This document shows, piece by piece, positions 18,789 through 27,912 of a stretch of DNA of 64,000 nt. This DNA is from Verrucomicrobiaceae bacterium. Lineage in GTDB: Bacteria; Verrucomicrobiota; Verrucomicrobiia; Verrucomicrobiales; Akkermansiaceae. A model generated the notes under the pieces. It saw nothing but the letters and a program-made list of their open reading frames with translations. It made no database searches and was not told the DNA's origin. Where the stretch lies: assembly GCA_051252135.1 (NCBI GenBank), contig JBPOGH010000002.1:248791-312790 (forward strand), given 5' to 3'. Positions within the stretch are counted from its first letter, which is position 1. The number at the start of each line of letters is the position of its first letter. Both the position numbers and the translations under genes were made by a program.

Positions 18789-18808
18789 GGGATCAGGACG
18801 GTGCGGGG

Positions 18809-19204
18809 TTACATCTGCTTTACTTCAAGCGCCACCGCGACGCCGTCGTTGTTAAATTGGATCAGAAAGGCGTAGTTTTCCTGAAGGCTGAGGTTTCCGG
18901 CCTGGAAGTCGGGCTCAAGCATGATGGGGAGAATGCGGAGGATGCCGTCTTCTTCAACTTCGAGGGCGACGATCTGGCCGTTGTCCTCGATTTTTCGGTC
19001 GATGATTTTTCCGGTGACGGAATATTCGTTGCCGGCGAGGCTGCGGCCGTTTTCCTGGGCGTGGGAGACATTGACCGGTTTGGCATCAAAAGCTGCCGGG
19101 GTACGATTGAGGAACCAATACCCTCCGCCGAGAACGACGATGAGAATCACGGCTCCGATGAGGAGACCTTGCGTATTAACGCCTGAGCTTGCGCGACGAG
19201 CCAT
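18809..19204 (-). CDS. bitopic membrane protein, function unknown
   Basis: I start it at the internal ATG (MARRASSGVNTQ) because the longer ORF would overlap the upstream ABC gene. It has one TM (GLLIGAVILIVVLGGGYWF) and an extracytoplasmic domain of about 95 aa. Confidence 0.55.
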   Translation of the reverse strand: MARRASSGVNTQGLLIGAVILIVVLGGGYWFLNRTPAAFDAKPVNVSHAQENGRSLAGNEYSVTGKIIDRKIEDNGQIVALEVEEDGILRILPIMLEPDFQAGNLSLQENYAFLIQFNNDGVAVALEVKQM

Positions 19205-19235
19205 GGGAATAGAGTAGTGTGGGGTTGGGAAAGAA

Positions 19236-20993
19236 TCAATCCCACTGGTGGCGGCAGGAGCCGACCCAGGAGGCGATGAGACCAAGGAAGATGTGAATCA
19301 GGAGGACGAGGAAGCAGACGGGGACTGCGGAAAGGGCGGTCTCGACGACTGAATTGACGGCGGTGAGGTGTCCGCCGGAGAGGGACTTTACGCTGCCGGA
19401 CCAGCCCCAGTAGGCGGAGATGAAGGGGCGGGTGATGACTTCGATATTTTCCGGGAGGGCGAGAACGGCTCCGGAAAGGGGGAGCTGGAAGCCCACGAGG
19501 TAGACGGAGAGGAGGGAGGCTTGCTCGGCGGTGCGCATGAGGCTGGAGATGCCGAGGCACACCGAGGTCATGGCGGCATTGACGAGGATGAGAAAGATGA
19601 CGTGTTGGGTGAAATCGCCTCTGAAGGGCCAGAAGAACTCCACGAAGACGCCCATCCAGATCGATTGGACGAGGATGAGGGTGGAGAGGAAGGCGATCTT
19701 GCTGAGGAGGTAGGCGGCCGGGCGGACTCCTCCGAATTTTTCCTTCTCCATGATTTGGCGCTCGCCGGCGATTTCGCGGGCGGCGTTGTTGGAACCCATG
19801 AGGGAGAGGAGGACGACCTGAAACATGATGATTCCGGAGACTGCCGAGCCGACCTTCATGCGGTCGGATTGGACGGCGGCCTGTTGCTCGTATTGGGCCT
19901 GCATGTTGACGCCGGATCCTTCATTGAGACGACGCATGGGCTCGTTGCCCCGGTCGGCGAAGAGGGTCACCAGGACGGGGAAGCAGAGGAGGATGGCAAT
20001 TTGAAGTGCCACTTGTCCACGGTCGCGGAGGAAGATTTTCCAGCGGCGGGCCAGAAGGGTGGTGAATTGGCTGATGATGCCGGGGGCGTGGAGGGGCTCG
20101 GGGGCTTCGGCGATGATTTCATCGTCTTCGCTTTCCACAGGAGTGGATTCGGTCGGGATTTTGAGGCGACCGGTTTCGATGAGGCTGGAGCGGTTTTTCT
20201 GAAGTTTGCCGTAGTAGTTTTCCTTATGTTTAAACCACGATGAGCGCCACTTTTCGGAGCTTTGTTTCGCGAGTTGCGGGTAGACGAGCTCGGTGTGGTC
20301 GACAGAAAAGTAATGCGTCAACATGTCGGGCGGTCCGTGGAAGGCGACGCGCCCCTCGTGAAGCACGAGGATGGAATCGTAGAGTTCCAGGTGGGCGAGG
20401 GAGTGGGTTACGGAAAGGACGATGCGTCCGTCCTTGCGGGAGATGTCATGAAGGAGGTGGACGATTTCGCGCTCCGAGCGGGGGTCGAGTCCACTGGTGA
20501 CTTCATCACAGAGGAGAAGTTTGGGGTCGGAGACGAGCTCCATGGCGAGGCCGAGGCGGCGTTTCTGTCCTCCGGAAAGGACGTGGACTTCGCGATCGGC
20601 AATGGGGGCGAGGCCGGTTTCTTCGAGGACGCGGTCGATGCGGCGGTCGAGGTCGGCAGAGCCCTTTGTTTTGACGCGGAGCTTGGTGGCGGCTTCGATG
20701 GATTCGTCGACGCTGAGTTCGTCGAAGGCGATGGAGAATTGGGGGACGTAGCCGATTTCCCAGGGTTCGAGGTCGCCTTCTTCGGAGAGATTTCGGCCGT
20801 TCCACCAGAGGGATCCGTCTGATTCCGGGTTGAGGCCGGCGATGGTTTTGAGGAGGGTGGTCTTGCCGCAGCCGGAAGGACCAACGATGGCCATGAAATG
20901 GCCACGCGGAATTTCCAGACTCACGCGGTCCACTAGATTTACATCCTCACCCTCTTTTTGAATGGTGAAGCAGACGTCTTTCAGTTCGAGCAC
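19236..20993 (-). CDS. ABC transporter, fused ATP-binding and ABC-2-type permease domains
   Basis: Walker A GPSGCGKTT, signature LSGGQKRRLGLAMEL, Walker B LLLCDEVTSGLD. The C-terminal half has about 6 TM helices. Confidence 0.85.
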   Translation of the reverse strand: MLELKDVCFTIQKEGEDVNLVDRVSLEIPRGHFMAIVGPSGCGKTTLLKTIAGLNPESDGSLWWNGRNLSEEGDLEPWEIGYVPQFSIAFDELSVDESIEAATKLRVKTKGSADLDRRIDRVLEETGLAPIADREVHVLSGGQKRRLGLAMELVSDPKLLLCDEVTSGLDPRSEREIVHLLHDISRKDGRIVLSVTHSLAHLELYDSILVLHEGRVAFHGPPDMLTHYFSVDHTELVYPQLAKQSSEKWRSSWFKHKENYYGKLQKNRSSLIETGRLKIPTESTPVESEDDEIIAEAPEPLHAPGIISQFTTLLARRWKIFLRDRGQVALQIAILLCFPVLVTLFADRGNEPMRRLNEGSGVNMQAQYEQQAAVQSDRMKVGSAVSGIIMFQVVLLSLMGSNNAAREIAGERQIMEKEKFGGVRPAAYLLSKIAFLSTLILVQSIWMGVFVEFFWPFRGDFTQHVIFLILVNAAMTSVCLGISSLMRTAEQASLLSVYLVGFQLPLSGAVLALPENIEVITRPFISAYWGWSGSVKSLSGGHLTAVNSVVETALSAVPVCFLVLLIHIFLGLIASWVGSCRHQWD

Positions 20994-21124
20994 TGGTGAC
21001 TTTGGGTTGATCGTTGGGTGTTAACCGAGAAGCTTCGTCCAAGGTTTCGATTAAACTGCCTGTTTTTCGTTAAGGTGAAAAGCTAGAAAGGCGGCTTCTT
21101 AAGGGTGAGTATTCCTTTTCTGAC

Positions 21125-22420
21125 ATGCGATTTCCGATCTACGCGCTCTTTTTGCTCCAGCTAGCCAATTTCCCAGCCCAAGCCGAATGGAGGCAGTTTC
21201 GTGGACCGACGGGCGACGGGATTTATCCTGAGCGGGAGGATGGGGCGCTTCATGGTTTTCCGGTTGAGTGGAGCGAGGAAAAGAATGTGGTCTGGAAGAC
21301 TCCGGTTGAGGGGCGGGCGTGGTCGACTCCGGTGGTGATGGATAACGAGGTCTGGGTGTCCAACGCCACCGAGGACGGGAAGAAGATGTTCGCAGTGTGT
21401 CTTGATAAGACATCGGGAAAAAAGGTGCATGATTTGCTCCTTTTTGAGAACGCAAGTCCGGAGGAGTTGAGCAACCGGGTGAATGGATATGGGTCGTGCT
21501 CGCCTACGATTGATGGGGAGCGGGTTTACTTTCATTTTGGAAGCTATGGCACAGCGGCGTTGGACCGGAAGAGCGGGGAGAAGATATGGGAGCGGCGTGA
21601 TCTGCCGTGTCGTCATTTCCGGGGACCGGCGTCCTCGGTGGTGCTCCACAAGGAGACGCTCATTCTCACGATGGATGGGATTGACGTGCAGTATCTTGCG
21701 GCGTTGGATCGTAAGACGGGCAAGACGGTGTGGCGGACGGATCGCACGACAGACTTTGGTGATGTGGAAGCGGGAGGGAAGATCCGGGGAGATGGTGATT
21801 TTCGGAAATCCTACACCACGCCGAACTTCGTAGTGGTGGGTGGAGTGACGCAACTTGTGAGTGCGGGAGCGAAGGCGTGTTTTGGGTATGAGGCTGATAC
21901 CGGGAAGGAGCTTTGGAAGGTGACCTACAATGGGTTTTCCAATGGTGCGAGTCCGGTCTTTGTGGGGAATGAGATGGCGATTATTAACACCGGATTGGGA
22001 AAGGCGCACGTATTGGGGGTGCGGCTGGATGGTGAGATGAAGGGTGATGTGACGAAATCCCATGTGGAGTGGGACATTTTCAAACGGATGCCCGGCCGGA
22101 CGTCTCCGGTGGTGGTGGATGGAAAAGTCTATCTGACTTCGGAGGAGGGGATTCTGAGTCGGGTGGATGCAATGACGGGCGAGATCGAGAAGTTTGTGAG
22201 CTTGAAGGGCCATTTCTCAGGGTCCGGGGTTTATGCCGACGGGCATCTGTATTTTCCCAGCGAGCAAGGGAAGGTGGTGGTGGTGAAGCCGGATGAGGAA
22301 TTGACGATCGTGGCCTCCAACGAGCTGGATGACGGATTTATGGCGTCTCCGGCGCTTGATGGGGATTCGATCTACCTGAGGTCGAAATCGCACGTGTACC
22401 GGATCTCGAAAAAGAAGTAA
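21125..22420 (+). CDS. PQQ-like (BamB-like) beta-propeller repeat protein, secreted
   Basis: Signal peptide, then WRQFRGPTGDG and VVWKTPVEGRAWSTPVV. Repeated W-containing blades continue through the protein. Confidence 0.7.
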   Translation: MRFPIYALFLLQLANFPAQAEWRQFRGPTGDGIYPEREDGALHGFPVEWSEEKNVVWKTPVEGRAWSTPVVMDNEVWVSNATEDGKKMFAVCLDKTSGKKVHDLLLFENASPEELSNRVNGYGSCSPTIDGERVYFHFGSYGTAALDRKSGEKIWERRDLPCRHFRGPASSVVLHKETLILTMDGIDVQYLAALDRKTGKTVWRTDRTTDFGDVEAGGKIRGDGDFRKSYTTPNFVVVGGVTQLVSAGAKACFGYEADTGKELWKVTYNGFSNGASPVFVGNEMAIINTGLGKAHVLGVRLDGEMKGDVTKSHVEWDIFKRMPGRTSPVVVDGKVYLTSEEGILSRVDAMTGEIEKFVSLKGHFSGSGVYADGHLYFPSEQGKVVVVKPDEELTIVASNELDDGFMASPALDGDSIYLRSKSHVYRISKKK

Positions 22421-22475
22421 AAAGTCCGACCTTTTCCCGTGACGAGTGGGGTGGAATGGGGGAGATTGCGTGGTC

Positions 22476-23348
22476 ATGAAATTATCCCTACCCGTTTCGC
22501 TCCTCCTTTTGGCTGTTCCCCATGTGTCGTTTGCAAAGGACGAGGTGGTGGTGGCTGATGACAAGGCTTATGTTCTTTATCAAGAGAATCACGTTCTGCC
22601 GGCAGGCACCGTATTGGAGCGTTCGCTCAGTAACACGGTGAAGGACGGGAAGCTCAAGATTTCCATGCAGGGAGAGATGATGGACGGCGGGATGACGATG
22701 GAGACGACGGAGTCTGACAAGCTGGAGTCTCTGGAAGGCGGGAAGTATCGCTACACATTGGTGTCGAGTGATGAGAGCCAGCAGATGACCCTCATGGGTC
22801 AGCCGATGCCGGCCAATGCCAAGGTGAACGTCATGGTGGGCAAGGCGGTGGTACTGTCCAAGGTCGAAGGCAAGTGGGTTGGTAAGCTTGAGGAAGGAGA
22901 GGCGACGATTGAGCAGAACGCCGAGATCGTCAAAATCCAGACCCGTTTGAACGAAGATCCGAGTGCCAAGCTTTATGGCACGGCTCCGCGCAAAGTGGGT
23001 GACGAGTGGGAGTCGGACGCAGCGGGGATGATGGGACTTGAGGATTTCAACGGCAAGGTGAAGACGAAGTTTGTCAAAATCGAAAAGTTCCAGGGTGTCG
23101 CCTGCGCGGTGCTCCACAGCACGATCGAATTGAACGGAACGGTCGATGAAATGGAAGAGATGACGATGAGCCTGACGGGCACGGTTGATAGCCGTCGTTC
23201 TCTCAAGGACTTGGAGGACTTGAGTTTTGAAATGAAAGGCACCATGAAAATGAACGGTGCGATGGAGCCCCAGCCCGGTCTTGCGGTGAAGATGGAAATG
23301 ACCGGTCCGATGGCGATGACCGGTAAAGCGACGCTGACCCGTCCGTAG
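22476..23348 (+). CDS. secreted methionine-rich protein, function unknown
   Basis: Signal peptide MKLSLPVSLLLLAVPHVSFA. I count 23 Met in 290 codons, clustered as MQGEMMDGGMTME, QQMTLMGQPMP, DEMEEMTMS, EMKGTMKMNGAME and VKMEMTGPMAMTG. Confidence 0.6.
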   Translation: MKLSLPVSLLLLAVPHVSFAKDEVVVADDKAYVLYQENHVLPAGTVLERSLSNTVKDGKLKISMQGEMMDGGMTMETTESDKLESLEGGKYRYTLVSSDESQQMTLMGQPMPANAKVNVMVGKAVVLSKVEGKWVGKLEEGEATIEQNAEIVKIQTRLNEDPSAKLYGTAPRKVGDEWESDAAGMMGLEDFNGKVKTKFVKIEKFQGVACAVLHSTIELNGTVDEMEEMTMSLTGTVDSRRSLKDLEDLSFEMKGTMKMNGAMEPQPGLAVKMEMTGPMAMTGKATLTRP

Positions 23349-23372
23349 GGTTGGCGATCGAGGATTGAATCA

Positions 23373-23406
23373 ATGCGCACCACCTTGCGGTGGCTGCGCA
23401 TTTTTG
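23373..23406. terminator. bidirectional stem-loop between convergent genes
   Basis: ATGCGCA-CCACC-ttgc-GGTGG-c-TGCGCAT forms 12 bp with one bulge, followed by TTTTGTT on the + strand. Confidence 0.6.
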
Positions 23407-23416
23407 TTGGTGATCA

Positions 23417-23995
23417 TTACAGTCCCGAAATGATGAGCTCGATCTGGCGACGATGGATTCTCATGTGGATAGCGGTGAGGGCGTGCCAGCCGTGGGCGTC
23501 GAGGGGGCCGAACCAGGGGTGGTTGTGGGTGAGGGGGGTGTGGAGATCGTCGATGCCGGCGATGGTTTTTTGAAGGACGGTGGAGGCCTTTTGAAAGGTG
23601 GGGAGGATGTCAGGGCCGGTGCCGGGTTCGGGTTTGACGTCCTGGGTGCGGACTTCGAGATCAGGTGATTTCCCCCGGGCGATACTGCGGATGACACCGG
23701 CGATGCCGAGATTGACGATGGCGAGGTGGCTGAGGGTCATGTAGGTCGACCAGTGGCGGCTGCTGTCCTCGATCCCTCTGATTCGTTTGATGAGAACAGG
23801 GGTGGCGGCTTGTTCTTCGGTGAGAGAAGCGACAAGAGTCATGATTTTTTCCTCCTCGGCGAGGAAGAGTCGGGTGAACCAATCGCGTGATTTGATTTTT
23901 CGGAGGAGGGGAAAGATGAATCCCATGATGATTTGCTCGCGTTTGCGAAGGCCGGCGCCCGGGGCTTCAAGTTGTGGGTTTTCCTGCTTGTTCAT
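23417..23995 (-). CDS. DinB-superfamily (DUF1569-like) protein
   Basis: I start it at MNKQENPQ (complement ATG at 23995). The His-rich DinB-like pattern is SSRHWSTYMTLSHL...HNHPWFGPLDAHGWHALTAIHMRIHRRQ. The longer ORF to 24259 would overlap the divergent hxlR-type gene. Confidence 0.65.
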   Translation of the reverse strand: MNKQENPQLEAPGAGLRKREQIIMGFIFPLLRKIKSRDWFTRLFLAEEEKIMTLVASLTEEQAATPVLIKRIRGIEDSSRHWSTYMTLSHLAIVNLGIAGVIRSIARGKSPDLEVRTQDVKPEPGTGPDILPTFQKASTVLQKTIAGIDDLHTPLTHNHPWFGPLDAHGWHALTAIHMRIHRRQIELIISGL

Positions 23996-24028
23996 TACTT
24001 GCAAAATGAAAGTGAAAATAGTGGTGAT

Positions 24029-24409
24029 ATGCAAGTAAAGTTTTGGCATGGTTTTTTTGTGGCAGAGAAAAGAGAGCAGCAAAGCTGGCGTTCCCCGTGT
24101 CCGGTTTCGCGAGTTTTGGAGATCATGGGGGACCGATGGTCTTTGTTGGTGGTGCGTGATTTGATGTTGGGGAGAACTCGATTTAAGGAGTTTATGGCTT
24201 CGCCCGAAGGGATCCCGACGAACATTCTGACCGACCGACTCAATCGACTGATGGAGCATGGGGTGATTGAAAAGAAGCCTGTCTCGGAGGGTGCAAAAAG
24301 ATTTGCCTATGAGCTGACTGAAAAGGGGGAGGCTCTTCGGCCGGTGCTCCGATCGATGATGAAGTGGGGGCTTCAGTTTGAGGAGGGGACAGAACTGGGA
24401 ATGCGGTAA
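24029..24409 (+). CDS. HxlR-family winged-helix transcriptional regulator
   Basis: CPVSRVLEIMGDRWSLLVVRDLMLGRTRFKEFM...IPTNILTDRLNRLMEHGVIEKK is the canonical HxlR pattern. The start codon is uncertain. Confidence 0.85.
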   Translation: MQVKFWHGFFVAEKREQQSWRSPCPVSRVLEIMGDRWSLLVVRDLMLGRTRFKEFMASPEGIPTNILTDRLNRLMEHGVIEKKPVSEGAKRFAYELTEKGEALRPVLRSMMKWGLQFEEGTELGMR

Positions 24410-24469
24410 CTGTTCCTTATGGGGCAGTAGTGTTTGTCAACGGGTGGTTCGCTGGGCAGGGTAGTTGTC

Positions 24470-27340
24470 GTGAGAGATGAAGTGTCTGTTGTTTTGGCGA
24501 TCTGTGCGTTGGCAGGAATGGAGGTCTGCGCCGATCCCCTGGGTCTTCGAATGGAGCAAGGGAGTGAATTGACATGGCCGACAACCTTGGGAAATACCTA
24601 TCAGCTGCAATGGGCCGAAACGACTGCGGGCCCCTGGAATGATCACGGGGTGTCATTTTTGGGAGATGGAATGGACCGTTCGATTTTTGAACCGGGAGAA
24701 GCGGGAGTCCGGGTTTATCGTGTCGAAGAAGTGGTGCCGGGGGAGGAGCCTCTGCCTGAGATTCCCTTCAATGCAGGTTTTGAATCGGGGACTGATGAGG
24801 ATCCTGACAATTGGACGAGGGGTGGAAATCAGGTGCCGGTGCGGACAAGTGATGATGCCCACAGCGGATCATTTTGTATTCGGGCGGCTTTGGTGAATGT
24901 GAATTCGGTTCCGAGCGAGGGCAGCTTGAATCAGCGGATTGGATCGGTGGGGGGAACGATCGTTGCGGGAGAGAGTCATGATTTTTCATTTTGGGCAAAG
25001 AAGGTGAGCTCGGGTCCTTCTTATGTTCAGCAGTATCAACTTCAGTGGTTGGATGATGCGGGGAGTTCGCTCGGGGGAACAGGGCTTAAGAATTTTAGTG
25101 GAGAGACGGGGGTCTGGGTTCAGGTGGAGGAGGCCAATTTGATTGCTCCTCCGGGTGCGGTGGATGCGCGGGTGAGGTTTCGTTTTGTCACCGGTGCGGT
25201 GGCTGATGGTCATGGGGAGGTGCTCATTGATGACGTGAGTATCGGAAGGGATACGGGTCCGGTTGATCCGGGAGAGACCCACCTCACGTCGTTGGTGCCG
25301 ACTCCGGCATTCCGGATGAGTTGGCCATCGGTTCAGGGGGTTCCTTATCAGCCGAAGTTGTCGACTGACTTGGTGGTTTGGGAAAACATGCTTCCTGCGA
25401 TCAATGGAGATGGGGGGACGAAGGAGTTTTTGGTTCCGGCGATCGAGGATGTCGGGTTCTACCGTTTGGAATATCCGGGTCCGCCTGTTGATCCGGAGCT
25501 GGAGGGCGAAATTGTGGCGCTTTATAACACGGGGACAGTGCTGGAGCCGGCGACGACGGTCGATACGCCTGAGGCGCTCGTTACTTACTTTGCGGATCGG
25601 GCGCGGGATCGGCATGCGCGGGAGGCGAACTTTCATTCCTATGACCATTATCTTCCCTGGTATTGGGAGGAGCGGACGATTGAGCTAGAGATCGTCGATA
25701 AGGTGGCGAAGGGAGGGGATGAGATTGTTTTTAATTACAAAACGCTGACGCCATTGGGGGCGGCTGAGTTTCGCGCATTCTTCCGGGGGATTGGAACGGT
25801 GGCGGAGTATCACAGCAATCAAATCGCGGAACTGGTGGGTCCGAATGAGTATCAGGCGAAGCTCGATGTTCGTTTGCCGGACTACAAGGATCTGGAGATA
25901 GGTGATCGGGTTGAGATTGAGATCAGTCAGTTTATTGAAGCGGCTACGAACGGACGGAACAATTATTACGGGACGACGTTTCTCTACATTATCGGGCAGG
26001 GGATTGTTCCCTGGGAGGGGGTGACCTTGCCAGGCGGGCCGCCGCTTGATTCTTATCCGCTTCCGGAGGTTGCGTGGCTGGGTGGGTTGACGACCTTGCC
26101 GTATCAGTATTCGAATGAGCCGGAGCATCGCTTTAAGCAGACGGCGGGCAACATTGCTCCGATCAGCGCGCAGCCGTTTATGCTCGGGCGTCGTTTGCAT
26201 CATACCGACTTTGGGAGTGGTGCGCATTCGGAGTCCGGGAATCCGGTGTTTGCGGATCAAGTGGGGAAGTTGGGACCTCATTACATTGCGAACAGCTGTG
26301 TGGATTGCCATGTGAACAATGGACGGGCTCTTCCTCCGGTGCCGGGCGCGCCGATGCTGCAGACGGTGATGAAGGTGGGGGCCGATGCACTTGGTGCGCC
26401 TCATCCTTCCATGGGTTCGGTTCTGCAGGTTCAGGCTGAGGGAGTGCCGGTCGAAGGAGGGGTGACCATTTCGAGCTACACCGAGACTGCCGGACAGTAT
26501 GGGGACGGGACGGCGTTTTCGCTGCGCAAGCCGAACTATGCATTTACCGGGACGGTGCCTCAGTTTTTCTCAGCCCGTCTGGCGAGTCCCTTGGTTGGAT
26601 TGGGTTTGCTGGAGGCGGTGAGTGAAGCGACGATCATGGCGATGGCGGATCCGGAGGATACGAATGCGGACGGCATCTCGGGACGTTATCAAACGGTGAT
26701 TGATCCGGAGACGGGCGAGAAGCGGCTGGGAAGATTTACGGGGAAGGGCGGGAAGGCGCGGCTTAAACACCAGATCGCAGGAGCGCTCAGCACGGACATG
26801 GGGGTGACGACATCGGTCTTTCCGATTCCCGAAGGAGGGAGCACGCCGGAAACTCCCGAGTTGGGCGATGATGATTTGGACAAGCTGACACGATACATTG
26901 CGCTGCTTGGAGTGGGTGCCCGTCGTGATCTGGACAGTGTGCAAGCGCTTCAGGGTGAGCAGTTATTTTCGAGTGCACAATGTATCAAGTGCCATGTGCC
27001 GCAGCTTCAGACCGGGCCTTTTCACCCGATGACGGAGCTTCGTAATCAGACGATCCGGCCATACACGGACCTTCTTCTTCATGACATGGGTCCGGGGTTA
27101 GCGGACAATATGGGGGAGGACGGGGCAAGTGGGTCGGAGTGGAGAACTCCTCCCTTATGGAACATTGGGTTGACTGACGGGGTGAGTGGAGGAGAGGCCT
27201 ATCTTCATGATGGAAGGGCGCGGAGTCTTGAGGAGGCGATTCTCTGGCATGGGGGAGAGGCGGAGGGTTCGAAGGAAGCCTTTCGGATGATGTCGGCCGC
27301 TGATCGGGAGGCTTTGATCGCGTTTCTTAGATCGCTGTGA
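24470..27340 (+). CDS. multidomain secreted protein: CBM-like domain plus C-terminal di-haem DUF1111 (cytochrome c peroxidase-like) domain
   Basis: Two CxxCH motifs are present (CVDCH, CIKCH). The DUF1111-type C-terminus is DGRARSLEEAILWHGGEA. The N-terminal jelly-roll-like segment has NAGFESGTDEDPDNWTRGG...GEVLIDDVSI. I chose the GTG start at 24470; the ORF track opens at TTG 24434. Confidence 0.75.
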   Translation: MRDEVSVVLAICALAGMEVCADPLGLRMEQGSELTWPTTLGNTYQLQWAETTAGPWNDHGVSFLGDGMDRSIFEPGEAGVRVYRVEEVVPGEEPLPEIPFNAGFESGTDEDPDNWTRGGNQVPVRTSDDAHSGSFCIRAALVNVNSVPSEGSLNQRIGSVGGTIVAGESHDFSFWAKKVSSGPSYVQQYQLQWLDDAGSSLGGTGLKNFSGETGVWVQVEEANLIAPPGAVDARVRFRFVTGAVADGHGEVLIDDVSIGRDTGPVDPGETHLTSLVPTPAFRMSWPSVQGVPYQPKLSTDLVVWENMLPAINGDGGTKEFLVPAIEDVGFYRLEYPGPPVDPELEGEIVALYNTGTVLEPATTVDTPEALVTYFADRARDRHAREANFHSYDHYLPWYWEERTIELEIVDKVAKGGDEIVFNYKTLTPLGAAEFRAFFRGIGTVAEYHSNQIAELVGPNEYQAKLDVRLPDYKDLEIGDRVEIEISQFIEAATNGRNNYYGTTFLYIIGQGIVPWEGVTLPGGPPLDSYPLPEVAWLGGLTTLPYQYSNEPEHRFKQTAGNIAPISAQPFMLGRRLHHTDFGSGAHSESGNPVFADQVGKLGPHYIANSCVDCHVNNGRALPPVPGAPMLQTVMKVGADALGAPHPSMGSVLQVQAEGVPVEGGVTISSYTETAGQYGDGTAFSLRKPNYAFTGTVPQFFSARLASPLVGLGLLEAVSEATIMAMADPEDTNADGISGRYQTVIDPETGEKRLGRFTGKGGKARLKHQIAGALSTDMGVTTSVFPIPEGGSTPETPELGDDDLDKLTRYIALLGVGARRDLDSVQALQGEQLFSSAQCIKCHVPQLQTGPFHPMTELRNQTIRPYTDLLLHDMGPGLADNMGEDGASGSEWRTPPLWNIGLTDGVSGGEAYLHDGRARSLEEAILWHGGEAEGSKEAFRMMSAADREALIAFLRSL

Positions 27341-27426
27341 AATCGCACTCGCAATTTTTCACGGAACTTCTGTGAAGGTCCACCAGATGGTCTGGGCATT
27401 CCGGTGAGGCAGGGTATCGTCCGGTG

Positions 27427-27888
27427 ATGGCGATTGAGATTGAGCGAAAGTTTTTGGTGAAGGGGGAGATTCCCGAGGGTGTGAGCACGGAAATGGTGCA
27501 GGCCTACTTGAGCTTGGATCCGGAGCGGACGGTGCGGGTGAGGTTGGAGGGAGAGGTGGCGAAATTGACGATCAAGGGTCGGAGTGAGGGGATTTCGCGG
27601 AAGGAGTTTGAGTATGAGATCCCGGAAGAGGATGCACGGGAACTGATGGCTCTGGCGATCGGCGCTCCGGTGGAGAAAACGCGGACACGAATTGAAGTGG
27701 GAAAACACCTTTGGGAGGTGGATGTGTTTCGGGGGGCGAATGCGGGATTGGTTTTGGCGGAAGTGGAGCTGGGGTCGGAGGACGAGGTGCCCGTCCTTCC
27801 GGATTGGGTGGGCGAGGAGGTGTCTGATGATCCCCGCTACTTTAATTCGTATCTTGCGCGGAGCCCGTTCGCGGAGTGGGGGGAGTAG
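27427..27888 (+). CDS. CYTH domain protein (triphosphate tunnel metalloenzyme family)
   Basis: The N-terminal EIERKFLV motif is followed by KTRTRIEVGKHLWEVDVF and GLVLAEVEL. Confidence 0.85.
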   Translation: MAIEIERKFLVKGEIPEGVSTEMVQAYLSLDPERTVRVRLEGEVAKLTIKGRSEGISRKEFEYEIPEEDARELMALAIGAPVEKTRTRIEVGKHLWEVDVFRGANAGLVLAEVELGSEDEVPVLPDWVGEEVSDDPRYFNSYLARSPFAEWGE

Positions 27889-27912
27889 GGAGGTGGTTGT
27901 GGACCACCAGGT

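Noticed and set aside
23996-24259. The upstream extension of the DinB-like ORF (to 24259), and the 23933 start of the HxlR ORF
   Set aside because: The extensions overlap each other on opposite strands and add non-homologous, basic low-complexity residues. Internal ATGs at 23995 (minus) and 24029 (plus) give typical protein lengths.
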